Source: Deltaproteobacteria bacterium (GTDB lineage: Bacteria > Myxococcota > SpSt-1050 > JACRCP01). Taken from it: 61,956 nucleotides of DNA. Positions 41,178 through 49,823 of this stretch are shown here, one piece after another. Within the stretch, counting starts at the first letter, position 1. Each line of letters opens with the position of its first letter. The stretch is taken from contig JACRCP010000146.1 of the NCBI GenBank assembly GCA_016218965.1, positions 1 to 61,956 on the forward strand, written 5' to 3'. A program made the position numbers and the translations under genes. The notes beneath the pieces were generated by a model, which worked only from the letters and a program-made list of their open reading frames with translations, was not told the origin of the DNA and made no database searches.

Positions 41178-42388
41178 ACCCTCTGGTGGTCCTTGATCCC
41201 GAGAAACGCGACGCGGCCGAAATGACCGCCCGGGACGGCACCCCCCGTGTGCGAACCTTCCTCGGCGAGACGGGCCGACTGTTCCCGAAACGAGATGTAC
41301 CCGGTGTAGTCCAGTCTCGTCCTGCGCTTGATCTGCCCCGCGATGTCGATCTTCCCGCGCCATGCGGCCGCGTCGGGACCAACCCGTCCGCTGAAGAACT
41401 CGCCGCAGCAGCCGCTCCCGTACGAGAAGAGCCCTGCGCGCGCGCCCTCGACGCTCCCGTCGCCCCGCTCGAGGAGCCCCGCCAGCGACGCGTAAAGCGA
41501 CCCCGAATAGAGGTTCCCCATGGCCCGGTTCGGCCAGAGTGAAGGCACAGTGCGGCTCTCGAACGCCTCGCCAAGCGCCTGGGTCATCCCCGAGCCGTTC
41601 CGCCGCGCGACCTCGCGCTCGTAGAGCAATTTGAACGCCTTGCACGCCATCTTGGGGAAAGGGACGTGAAACAGGAGATACTCGAAATCGTCCCAGCCCA
41701 GGCCCGAGTGCCGCTCGAAGTCGGCGTATGTGCTTTCGAGCGCCGCAAGGTAGCTCTCCACTGAGGCGGGACCGTCAACAATCGCCGTGCTCCGATAGTG
41801 CGGCCGCCAGAAATCCATGACGTGCCGCGCGAAAAACGCCTCGCGGTAAGGCTCGAAAACGAACACCGACGGGTGATCTCCCACGAGCATCGCCACCGCC
41901 CCTGCACCCTGCGTCGGCTCGCCCGCCGATCCGACCTCATATCGGGCGATGTCGGTCGCGATGATGAGCGCCTTCCTGCCCCTTCCGGACCCGGCGCACC
42001 AGTCGCGCGCGAGCGCGAGCGCCGCGGTGGCGCTGTAGCACGCGTGCTTGGTGTCGAGCGTCCGGCACGCGAACGGGAGGCCGAGCAGACCGTGAACGTA
42101 CGCGGCGATCGGTTTTGCCGCGTCGACCCCGGTTTCGGAGCCGACGACCAGAAGGCCGATGGAGTGCCGGTCGATGTCGTAGCGTTTGAGAAGCGCATCC
42201 GACGCTTCGACCGCCATGGTCACCGCGTCCTCGTTCGGGTGAGTGACGGCCATCCCCTCGACTCCCAACCCGACCGCGTACTTGGCCGGTTCGACGCCGT
42301 TTGCCTCGGCCAACGCAGTGAGCGGAAGCCAATACCTCGGGACACAGACCGAGATGGCCTCGATGCCCACGCCATGCGGGCTTTGCAC
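41096..42388 (-). CDS. mvaS: Hydroxymethylglutaryl-CoA synthase
   Basis: VGIEAISVCVPRYWL.., GSETGVDAAKPIAAYV.., DTKHACYSATAAL (catalytic Cys), HVPFPKMA, GNLYSGSLY. GTG 42388 is preceded by AAGGAGG at 4-nt spacing. Confidence 0.9.
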   Translation of the reverse strand: MQSPHGVGIEAISVCVPRYWLPLTALAEANGVEPAKYAVGLGVEGMAVTHPNEDAVTMAVEASDALLKRYDIDRHSIGLLVVGSETGVDAAKPIAAYVHGLLGLPFACRTLDTKHACYSATAALALARDWCAGSGRGRKALIIATDIARYEVGSAGEPTQGAGAVAMLVGDHPSVFVFEPYREAFFARHVMDFWRPHYRSTAIVDGPASVESYLAALESTYADFERHSGLGWDDFEYLLFHVPFPKMACKAFKLLYEREVARRNGSGMTQALGEAFESRTVPSLWPNRAMGNLYSGSLYASLAGLLERGDGSVEGARAGLFSYGSGCCGEFFSGRVGPDAAAWRGKIDIAGQIKRRTRLDYTGYISFREQSARLAEEGSHTGGAVPGGHFGRVAFLGIKDHQRVYESSPRPAVSDTPFLPAYNASAHTGK

Positions 42389-42691
42389 AGAACCTCCTTG
42401 CGCCGTGTGGTCATGCTTCCTGGCGCCGGTCGCCGCGGAGGGCTGCAATCTTGATGCCACCCGCGCCCGGTTCGTCGTTTCGTAGTCTTCCGTCAGGCAT
42501 GTGCGGGATCGCACGGCCCTCGCGCGTGCACATCGGCACGCGCGCAGACACAAACCGCACAGCGTTGCCTGCCACCTGCCGCCTTCAGCGCGGCCGGGTC
42601 CGGCATTTTTTGCGTTTGCATTTTGGCGGGGACGGGTGCAGAATTGCGCCGAATCGAGACCGCTCTGAGCGCGACCCGCGGAGGGCCTCCC

Positions 42692-44893
42692 ATGAAGAGA
42701 TCGGCTGTATTCGCGCTGTCCTTCCTCCTGGCGATTTTCGCGTCGACACCCGCGCTTGCCAAGTGGGACCGGCAGTACAGCTGCTCGGGCGCCAAGAACA
42801 ACTTGTTCAGCGTCGGGGCGTTCGACGAGACGAAGGCGACGACCGGGGGCCAGAGCAACGCGAGCGGTCAGGACACCCCGGTGCTCCTGACCACACAGAA
42901 CGGCGATACCTGGACCGAGGGCAACTTCGAGGGTCAGCCCACGGCGCTCATCTTCTACCCGTGGGTCTTGAGCACGCCTTCGTCAAAAACCGGCTACATG
43001 AGCATGCTCAACCTGGGAATCACCAGCCAGGCGGACCTCGAGACGAGCTCAAACGGCCTGTCGTGGACGCTCTACAAGGGCACGATTCCCGGCGCAAAGG
43101 GCGCGCAGGCGCGCACCATCTATTTTTCGGACCCGCAGAACGGCTGGTACCTCGGGGCGGCGAGCTGGGCCAACTGGCTGGTGCGCACGACGGACGCGGC
43201 GGCAACATGGGACGCGCTGACGCTCGCGTACGAACAGGACATCGGGTACAACGGCCTCTTCTTCATCAACGACAAGGTCGGCTGGGCGGCCGGCGGTGAC
43301 TACGGCGAGGTCGACGATCAGGGCAACGTGGTACGGCCGCCGGGGAAGGGCGTCATCCAGTACACCACCGACGGCGGGAAGACCTGGAAGAAGGCCGTCT
43401 CGGAACGGCCCTACGCGTTCGACGCCATCACTTTCGGCGACTGCCAGAACGGCTGGGTAACGGCGCACGACGGGAACAAAGGCCATATCCTGCACTCGAC
43501 CGACGGCGGCAAGACTTGGAAGGAACAGACGGTCCCAAAAAACTCGGTCGCCTCGAACGCCGATTTCTCTTCTTTCCCCGCCATCCGCTTCTTCGACGCC
43601 AACGAGGGGTGGGCGATTGGGAACGTCGACCAGTCCACGCCCGGCGGAGATCCCCAGTACGCCGCGGGGATGCTCCACACGACGGACGGCGGCAAGACTT
43701 GGAAACAGGACACCACGTACAACGACGGCGCAAAGGCCGACAACGGCTCTGCGTGCTGCCTCCCCGACCCGCAGGCGTGCAAGATGTTCGGGCCGCTCTC
43801 GGGCCAGGCGCATGGCGGGTTCTCGATGGACTGGCCTACGCGAAACACCGGCTGGGTCGTCGGGTCCAACATGATCGTCATGAAATACACCGCCGACACG
43901 CCCTCGACGAAGGCCGGGGACCGGTGCGTGGAGTGCGGCGGCGGGGAGTGCCACGGCGAACCTGTCCAACCCGACGCGGGGCCGGGCGACGACGCCGGAC
44001 CGACCGACGGGCCTATTGTGGGACCCGACGGCGAGATCCCGGATGCCGGCCCGGAGGACACGGGTCCCGCGGACACCGGGCCGACGAACATCATTCCGAC
44101 GGCCAACCTGAAGCTGTGCTTCTCGAAAGACGCTCCCGCGGGTACCCGGGCGTTTGAAACCGTCGTGTCGTACGCCGAGCGGAAGGTCACCGGCGACCTC
44201 GACCTCTACATCTTCCCGGGTTCCTCGACCGTGCTCATGACCGACGCCCGTGCGACCGCGCAGGCGGATGGCGACGGCACGGTCGGCTACATCCACACGT
44301 ACATCAGCGTGGCCTACGCGATAAGCGGCGTTACGATGCAGGCCGCTGACGGCGACGGGTTCGTCAAGATCAAGTCCTCCGACGCAACAGGCCAGCTCCT
44401 CGAAAAAGACCTGTACCTGAACATCTCCGGCCTCTCCCTCGACCTCACGACCGTCGACGGGACGCCGGCGGGGACCGCAATCGGAGAGATGAAGATCCCG
44501 GTGCTCGCCGGACCGGTAGTAAGCAGCATCGCGACCAAGACGCTCTCGGAGCTCTTCAACACGATTCGCGAGCCGTGCCCCGAAGACAAACCCGACGCCG
44601 CGACCGCCACGGACGCGCCCGCGACCGGAGAGGACGGAGCGGCAGCCGGCGCGGACACCGGCACGGGCGGTGCCGCGACCGACGTCCCGGCGGGCGAGCC
44701 CAGCGGCGGCTGCACGTGCGCGGTCGCGGGCGGCGCGCCCACCGCGCGGACGGCGGCCCTGTTGATGGCCCCTTTCCTCGGCCTGCTCGCCGTGCTGTTG
44801 TTCCTTGGAAGAGGAAGGAACGTTGACCGCCTTCGAAGATTGACACACAGGAGGGAAACATGGCCGAGAAGATCTCGCACGAGGAGTTCGTGA
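42692..44893 (+). CDS. Secreted BNR/Asp-box beta-propeller (Ycf48-like) protein with a MYXO-CTERM-like C-terminal sorting signal
   Basis: Signal peptide MKRSAVFALSFLLAIFASTPALA. Repeated TTDGGKTWKK / STDGGKTWKE / TTDGGKTWKQ Asp-boxes. C-terminus GGCTCAVAGG..AALLMAPFLGLLAVLLFLGRGR (Cys-Gly-rich stretch, then TM, then Arg). Confidence 0.8.
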   Translation: MKRSAVFALSFLLAIFASTPALAKWDRQYSCSGAKNNLFSVGAFDETKATTGGQSNASGQDTPVLLTTQNGDTWTEGNFEGQPTALIFYPWVLSTPSSKTGYMSMLNLGITSQADLETSSNGLSWTLYKGTIPGAKGAQARTIYFSDPQNGWYLGAASWANWLVRTTDAAATWDALTLAYEQDIGYNGLFFINDKVGWAAGGDYGEVDDQGNVVRPPGKGVIQYTTDGGKTWKKAVSERPYAFDAITFGDCQNGWVTAHDGNKGHILHSTDGGKTWKEQTVPKNSVASNADFSSFPAIRFFDANEGWAIGNVDQSTPGGDPQYAAGMLHTTDGGKTWKQDTTYNDGAKADNGSACCLPDPQACKMFGPLSGQAHGGFSMDWPTRNTGWVVGSNMIVMKYTADTPSTKAGDRCVECGGGECHGEPVQPDAGPGDDAGPTDGPIVGPDGEIPDAGPEDTGPADTGPTNIIPTANLKLCFSKDAPAGTRAFETVVSYAERKVTGDLDLYIFPGSSTVLMTDARATAQADGDGTVGYIHTYISVAYAISGVTMQAADGDGFVKIKSSDATGQLLEKDLYLNISGLSLDLTTVDGTPAGTAIGEMKIPVLAGPVVSSIATKTLSELFNTIREPCPEDKPDAATATDAPATGEDGAAAGADTGTGGAATDVPAGEPSGGCTCAVAGGAPTARTAALLMAPFLGLLAVLLFLGRGRNVDRLRRLTHRRETWPRRSRTRSS

Positions 44894-45141
44894 AGACCGC
44901 TGTCGAAAAACTCCGGACCGAGGGCTACAAGGGGATCCACAGCGTCTACTCCGGGTTCAACGAGGCGTTCAAGGAGTACTACCCCGGCGAAGACCCCGTC
45001 GCCACGACGACCAAACTCTCGAAAGAAGGCAAGATCACTCTCCTCCCGGTGAAGGGCGGCGTGATGATCTACCTCCCCGGTGAGGCCCCCGCCAAGCTCA
45101 GCCGCGGCGGCGAGGCACTCAAGAAGATGGGACTCAAGTGA
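44860..45141 (+). CDS. Small conserved-looking hypothetical protein (93 aa)
   Basis: Good RBS (AGGAGGG, 6 nt) and balanced composition (MAEKISHEEFVKTAVEKLRTEGYKGIHSVYSGFNEAFKEYY..). Overlaps the upstream gene tail by 34 nt. No family recognised. Confidence 0.6.
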   Translation: MAEKISHEEFVKTAVEKLRTEGYKGIHSVYSGFNEAFKEYYPGEDPVATTTKLSKEGKITLLPVKGGVMIYLPGEAPAKLSRGGEALKKMGLK

Positions 45142-45146
45142 GGCGA

Positions 45147-45174
45147 GAGGCACGAGGCGTGAGGCACGAGTGTG
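45147..45174. repeat. 14-bp tandem doublet gaggcacgaggcgt/gaggcacgagtgtg immediately after the 93-aa ORF stop
   Basis: Direct reading. The word gaggcgtgaggcacgag is the near reverse complement of the repeat inside the HAD gene (48631-48658). Confidence 0.8.
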
Positions 45175-45229
45175 GCACAGGATCACGTCCCCAAGGTTTG
45201 GACTCACGGCTCAAACCCCAAGCCCGGTC

Positions 45230-47659
45230 CTAGAACGCGAGCTTGACGACCTCGCGGTAGTGATCCACGGGATGGAACTTGAGTCCGCGCACGACGTGCG
45301 CGGGGATCTCTTTTACGTCTTTCACGTTGAACCGCGGGATGATGACCGCCTTCATGCCGGCCATTTTGGCCGCAATGACCTTCTCGCGAATCCCGCCGAC
45401 CGCGAGCACGTCGCCGCGGAGCGTCATCTCGCCGGTCATCGCGATGCCGGCCCTGACCCGCCGCCCCTTCCCGCCCCACAACAGCGACAGCAGGCACGTC
45501 GTGATGGCCACCCCCGCCGACGGCCCGTCCTTGGGGACGGCGCCGGCGGGGAAATGCACGTGGATGTCGCTCTCGCCGAACGCCGCGTCCGGAATTCCGC
45601 ACTCCGCGGCGACCGACCGCACGTACGTCATGGCGATCTGGGCGGACTCGTTCATGACGTCGCCGAGTTTCCCGGTTAGCTTGAGATTGCCCTTCCCCTT
45701 GACCCGCGACGCCTCGATGAGCATCACGTCGCCGCCCGCGGGCGTCCATGCCAGTCCCACCGCGATGCCAGGACGTTTGATCCGCGTCGAGATCTCCTCG
45801 CCCGCCTTGGGCGGCCCGAGGTGCCTTTCGAGGTCCGAGGCACGCACGACCCGCAGAGGGCGCTTCCCCGCGACGATGGCGGCGGCGGTCTTGCGGCACA
45901 CCGCGGCGATCTCGCGCTCGAGCCCGCGGCACCCCGCCTCTCGCGTGTAACCGGTGATGATTTTTCGAAGGGTCGGCGACGGAAACGAGAGCCTGCCAGG
46001 CTTCAGGCCGTTCGCCTCGAGCTGCTTGGGGACTAAAAACTTCGTCGCGATGTGCACCTTCTCGTCGGCGATGTAGCTCCGGAAGTCGATGACCTCCATC
46101 CTGTCGAGCAGAGGGGCCGGAATCTCCTCGCGGTAGTTCGCGGTCGCTATGAAGAAGACCTTCGAGAGGTCGAACGGTATGTCAAGATAGTGGTCGAGAA
46201 ACGAGGCGTTCTGCTCGGGGTCGAGCACCTCGAGCATGGCGCTTGACGGGTCGCCGCGCCAGTCCTTCCCCAACTTGTCGATCTCGTCGAGCATCAGGAC
46301 GGGGTTGTTGGCGCCGACCTCTTTGAGCGCCTGAAGGAGCTTGCCCGGCATGGCCCCGATGTACGTGCGGCGGTGCCCCTTTATCTCGGCCTCGTCGCGC
46401 ATCCCGCCCAGCGAAAAGCGGTAGAATTTGCGGCCCATGGCGCGCGCGATCGAACGGCCAAGCGACGTCTTCCCGGTCCCCGGCGGCCCCGAAAAACAGA
46501 GGATCGAGCCCTTGAGCGACGGGCGAAGCTCCCGCACCGAAAGGAACTCCAAGACGCGCGTCTTGATGTCCTCAAGCCCGTAGTGGTCCTCGTCGAGCAT
46601 CCGGGCCGCAGCCCGGATGTCGTCCGATTCGGCGGTCGAAACCGACCACGGGAGCGCCAGGATCCAGTCGAGGTACGTCCGGATGACGTTGTACTCTGCC
46701 GCCTCGGGCGGCAGCGTCGAGAGGCGCCTAAGCTCCTCGCGCGCGTGCTTTTCGGCGGCGTCGGGAAGCTTGGCGTCCACGATCCTTTGCTCATACCGTT
46801 CTATGCTCGCCGACCTCTCGTCCTTTTCCTCGCCAAGCTCGCGCCGGATCGTTTTCAACTGCTCGCGCAGGAAGTAGTCGCGCTGGGTCTTCTCGACGCG
46901 CGTCCGGATGTCCTCCTGGATCTTGTTGCCGATTTTCACCACCTCGAGCTCCCGCGTGAGGAACTCAAGAGCAAGCGAGAGCCTTTTCTTGACGTCGAGC
47001 GTTTCGAGCAGTTCCTGGCGGTCGGCCGGTTTCATGCCGAAGTTCGCCCCGACGAAGTCCGCGAGGCGGGCGGGCCCCTCGATGTTGAGCGCCACCATAC
47101 CCATCTCGTCCGGGAGATGGGGGTTGATCTTGATGAATTCCTGGAGCGAACGTTCCAATGCCTTCCACAAGGCCTCGACCTCCACCGACGCCTCGTACGA
47201 GTCGACAAGGTAGGCGACGCGCGCAATGAGCACCGGAGCGGTCTTGACCCAGCGCTCGACCCTGAACCGCCGCAGCGCCTGGACCACCACGGCGGCGTTT
47301 CCGTCGGGGAGCTTGATCTGCTTGAGCATCCGCGCCGCGGTCCCGACCTCGTACAGCCCTTCGGCGCCCGCCCCGGCGCCGCCTTCCCTCTTTTTGAGCA
47401 CGCCTATGAACGGCGTCTGGTTGTGCGCGTGCTCGATGGTTGCCTGCGCGCGGCCGGCCTCAAGCATGACCGGAACCATCATCCCCGGAAACAGGACGAG
47501 TTCGTCGTGAGGGATCACGAAGAGGACGGCGGGCGGCTCGTCGGTCGAAACCACCGCCTTGGACTCTTCTCTGTCGTTCGAGACGGCTTCCGGTCTGGCG
47601 TCCCCGGTTACGACCTCGGGAGACAACGGTTTGTTTTCAGGCTGATCGCTCATGCCCAT
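45230..47659 (-). CDS. lon: ATP-dependent Lon protease (LonA)
   Basis: LON N-domain, Walker A GPPGTGKTSLGRSIARA, GGMRDEAEIKGHRRTYIGAMPG, and protease Ser motif PKDGPSAGVAITTCLLS. ATG 47659. Confidence 0.96.
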   Translation of the reverse strand: MGMSDQPENKPLSPEVVTGDARPEAVSNDREESKAVVSTDEPPAVLFVIPHDELVLFPGMMVPVMLEAGRAQATIEHAHNQTPFIGVLKKREGGAGAGAEGLYEVGTAARMLKQIKLPDGNAAVVVQALRRFRVERWVKTAPVLIARVAYLVDSYEASVEVEALWKALERSLQEFIKINPHLPDEMGMVALNIEGPARLADFVGANFGMKPADRQELLETLDVKKRLSLALEFLTRELEVVKIGNKIQEDIRTRVEKTQRDYFLREQLKTIRRELGEEKDERSASIERYEQRIVDAKLPDAAEKHAREELRRLSTLPPEAAEYNVIRTYLDWILALPWSVSTAESDDIRAAARMLDEDHYGLEDIKTRVLEFLSVRELRPSLKGSILCFSGPPGTGKTSLGRSIARAMGRKFYRFSLGGMRDEAEIKGHRRTYIGAMPGKLLQALKEVGANNPVLMLDEIDKLGKDWRGDPSSAMLEVLDPEQNASFLDHYLDIPFDLSKVFFIATANYREEIPAPLLDRMEVIDFRSYIADEKVHIATKFLVPKQLEANGLKPGRLSFPSPTLRKIITGYTREAGCRGLEREIAAVCRKTAAAIVAGKRPLRVVRASDLERHLGPPKAGEEISTRIKRPGIAVGLAWTPAGGDVMLIEASRVKGKGNLKLTGKLGDVMNESAQIAMTYVRSVAAECGIPDAAFGESDIHVHFPAGAVPKDGPSAGVAITTCLLSLLWGGKGRRVRAGIAMTGEMTLRGDVLAVGGIREKVIAAKMAGMKAVIIPRFNVKDVKEIPAHVVRGLKFHPVDHYREVVKLAF

Positions 47660-47703
47660 CAACGCACCCCCGCGAATGTCGGGCTGTCAAACGGCGGGCG
47701 CTC

Positions 47704-48003
47704 CTACTTCTCGACGTCCTCTTCCTCTTCCCACACTTCCTCTTCTTCCTGCTCGCCGTCGGCGGGCCCGTACGGGGGCGGAAGGTCGTCCGTCTCCATG
47801 TTGAGCGCGAAGTGGAACTTGCGCCGGAGGTGCGCCATGCTCGCCATGACGTCGTCGAGGGCGCCCATCAGGTCCTCGACCGAATGGGGATCGGCCTTGG
47901 CATCACAGTTCGGGCACTGGAGCTTGGTGGCGTCCTCCATCAGGATCGCCACGTCCACCTCGAAATCGGCGCCGCAGCCAGCGCATTCGAAATCTATCGT
48001 CAT
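47704..48003 (-). CDS. Small zinc-ribbon protein with an acidic C-terminal tail
   Basis: MTIDFECAGCGADFEV..LQCPNCDAK (CxxC..CxxC) and a C-terminus GEQEEEEVWEEEEDVEK. GGAGGG RBS before ATG 48003. Sits directly upstream of lon. Confidence 0.55.
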   Translation of the reverse strand: MTIDFECAGCGADFEVDVAILMEDATKLQCPNCDAKADPHSVEDLMGALDDVMASMAHLRRKFHFALNMETDDLPPPYGPADGEQEEEEVWEEEEDVEK

Positions 48004-48085
48004 CGGAATCCCTCCGCCGGTTGGCGTTTCCTTAGTGAAATTCGATTTCTTTGTCAACTATAAAAACTCTGGTAAAAAGCGGCGG

Positions 48086-48841
48086 ATGGGCGCAACCGAC
48101 AGCACCGACATCCTTTCGGGGATCCGGCTGATCATCTTCGACTTCGACGGCGTCATTGTCGATTCCGAGCCGCTCCACTTCGCGAAGTTTGCAGAGGTGC
48201 TGGCGGACGAGGGCGAAAGCCTCACGTGGGACGAGTACAAGGAGAAGTACCTCGCGTACAACGACCGCGACTGCTTCAGTCACGTTCTGCGCGATCGAGG
48301 CAAGGGTTTCGACGACGCATTCCTGGATCGTCTCGTCGCCCGCAAGGCCGCGGCGTTCGACCGCGACATGAAGACCGATCTCCGGCCCGTTCCCGGCACG
48401 GCGGAGTTCATCAAGAGGGCGGCCCCGCACTACCGCCTGGCGATCGCCTCGGGGGCGCTACGTCATGAGATTCAAGAGATACTCGAATGGCAGGGACTGC
48501 GGGAGTTCTTCCCGGTGATCGTGGGCGCCGAGGACGCCCCCCGCGGCAAACCTTGCCCTGACCCTTTCTTGAAAGCCATCGAGCTGACGAATGACCTGGT
48601 TGCCCGCGGCGAAGCCGTCCCGACCTCGCTCGCGCCTCACGCCTCGCGCCTCACGCCTGTCCTGTCCGGAGAGTGCCTTGTGATCGAAGACTCCCCCCTC
48701 GGCATCCAGGGCGCCAACGCCGCCGGCATGCGGACGCTGGCGCTGACGACGAGCTACCCGCGCGACTGCCTTGACGGCGCCGACTACACGACTGATGCCA
48801 TTTCCGGTGTGGCCACGCCGGTCGCGTCTTCTCACCGTTGA
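48086..48841 (+). CDS. HAD-IA family hydrolase (beta-phosphoglucomutase/phosphatase-like) carrying a roughly 20-aa insertion
   Basis: Motif I LIIFDFDGVIVDSE, motif II IASGA, motif III GKPCPDPF, motif IV LVIEDSPLGIQGANAAGM. The spacing between motifs III and IV is about twice the usual length. Confidence 0.85.
   Translation: MGATDSTDILSGIRLIIFDFDGVIVDSEPLHFAKFAEVLADEGESLTWDEYKEKYLAYNDRDCFSHVLRDRGKGFDDAFLDRLVARKAAAFDRDMKTDLRPVPGTAEFIKRAAPHYRLAIASGALRHEIQEILEWQGLREFFPVIVGAEDAPRGKPCPDPFLKAIELTNDLVARGEAVPTSLAPHASRLTPVLSGECLVIEDSPLGIQGANAAGMRTLALTTSYPRDCLDGADYTTDAISGVATPVASSHR
48631..48658. repeat. Perfect 14-bp tandem doublet cgcgcctcacgcct x2 inside the HAD coding sequence
   Basis: Direct reading. 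Encodes ..APHASRLTP.. within the extra segment between HAD motifs III and IV. Confidence 0.85.
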
Positions 48842-49659
48842 TTCCAACGCCTTGAGGGAATGCGCAAAGAAAATACTTCCACCCGGTGACGTCCCACGCC
48901 GAGTTCCTGCCACTCCGGCGTCGGAAACGCAACATCAACCACGCAACTATCGACCGAGTCCAATACGGCACGCTTGCGAAAACGCGCGGCCTCGCGCCGG
49001 ACCTTGCTCCGGTTGAGCGTCGGGCCGTACAGGACGAAGACACCCGTGTCCGGCTTCAATACCTTGATCAGGCACTCCCGCCAGAGTACCTGCTCGTATG
49101 GAACAGCATCAAGCGGGAACGGGTCGAAGTAGACTCCGTCGAATCTACCAGCGTAGTTCCACCAATCGACGTTTTCCCACCGCTCATGGATTATCCGGAC
49201 ATTCCGCTTGCGCGCCCAGCCTGCCTGGATCATCCGTCGGTACACCGCGGGATGCCCTTCGACGATCGTGTGCGATGCGACCCGATGCCGTTGTATGGCG
49301 GTATCAATGATCCCGCACCCGAATCCAACGTTGAGGATGTGCCCGCCGCCGCGGCAGAGCATTTCGGCGCTCTTTTCCATGAGCGGCCTTTCGAACTCCA
49401 TCATCACGTATCGCGCAGCATCAGTTCTGCGCGTCAACAGGTTCCCGTCGGAATCGTACCAGACGCGATCAACCAGAGGTGGGAAAGGTTTCAGATCTCC
49501 CCGGCCGTTGACACGGTCTGCTGCGGCGGCGATGGCGTCGAGCAGGTCCGTCGCCGATTCCCCGACTCGAGCGCCAACACTCCCACTGCGTTTGGGTTTT
49601 TCAGACGTTCGCCGCACTGAGGGGCGCGTACACGCGCGGTTCGAGAGCGCCTGCCGCAA
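48832..49659 (-). CDS. Class I SAM-dependent methyltransferase (guanidinoacetate/RMT2-like)
   Basis: VMMEFERPLMEKSAEMLC..GGHILNVGFGCGIIDTAI..IVEGHPAVYRRM..FDGVYFDPFPL resembles GAMT-type methyltransferases. Visibly lower GC. TTG start at 49659 is uncertain. The 3' end overlaps the HAD gene convergently by 10 nt. Confidence 0.7.
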   Translation of the reverse strand: MRQALSNRACTRPSVRRTSEKPKRSGSVGARVGESATDLLDAIAAAADRVNGRGDLKPFPPLVDRVWYDSDGNLLTRRTDAARYVMMEFERPLMEKSAEMLCRGGGHILNVGFGCGIIDTAIQRHRVASHTIVEGHPAVYRRMIQAGWARKRNVRIIHERWENVDWWNYAGRFDGVYFDPFPLDAVPYEQVLWRECLIKVLKPDTGVFVLYGPTLNRSKVRREAARFRKRAVLDSVDSCVVDVAFPTPEWQELGVGRHRVEVFSLRIPSRRWNQR

Positions 49660-49662
49660 CCG

Positions 49663-49800
49663 TCAGGAAACGAGTGACGTGCAAGGCGGATTATCCGCCT
49701 TTGCGCTTCGCCCGCCGGCACAAGTAAGCTGGGCGGTGCTCAAGTCCATCGACCTCACGCTTTTTGGCTTCCGGTAACGTCTTTTTGTTTTCTTTTTCAT
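49663..49800 (-). CDS. Candidate 45-aa small ORF with a strongly basic N-terminus
   Basis: ATG 49800 is preceded by GGAGG at 5-nt spacing, 23 nt after the giant gene stop. Hand-translated MKKKTKRRYRKPKSVRSMDLSTAQLTCAGGRSAKADNPPCTSLVS. Not in the ORF track (short) and no homology known to me. Confidence 0.25.
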   Translation of the reverse strand: MKKKTKRRYRKPKSVRSMDLSTAQLTCAGGRSAKADNPPCTSLVS

Positions 49801-49823
49801 GTTGGCCTCCGTCGCTTCGTTGT

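Noticed and set aside
42600-42640. ggcattttttgcgtttgca in the mvaS/BNR divergent spacer as a sigma-54 promoter.
   Set aside because: The GG to GC spacing is 2 nt too short for the first TTGC and far too long for the second. Not a valid -24/-12 geometry.
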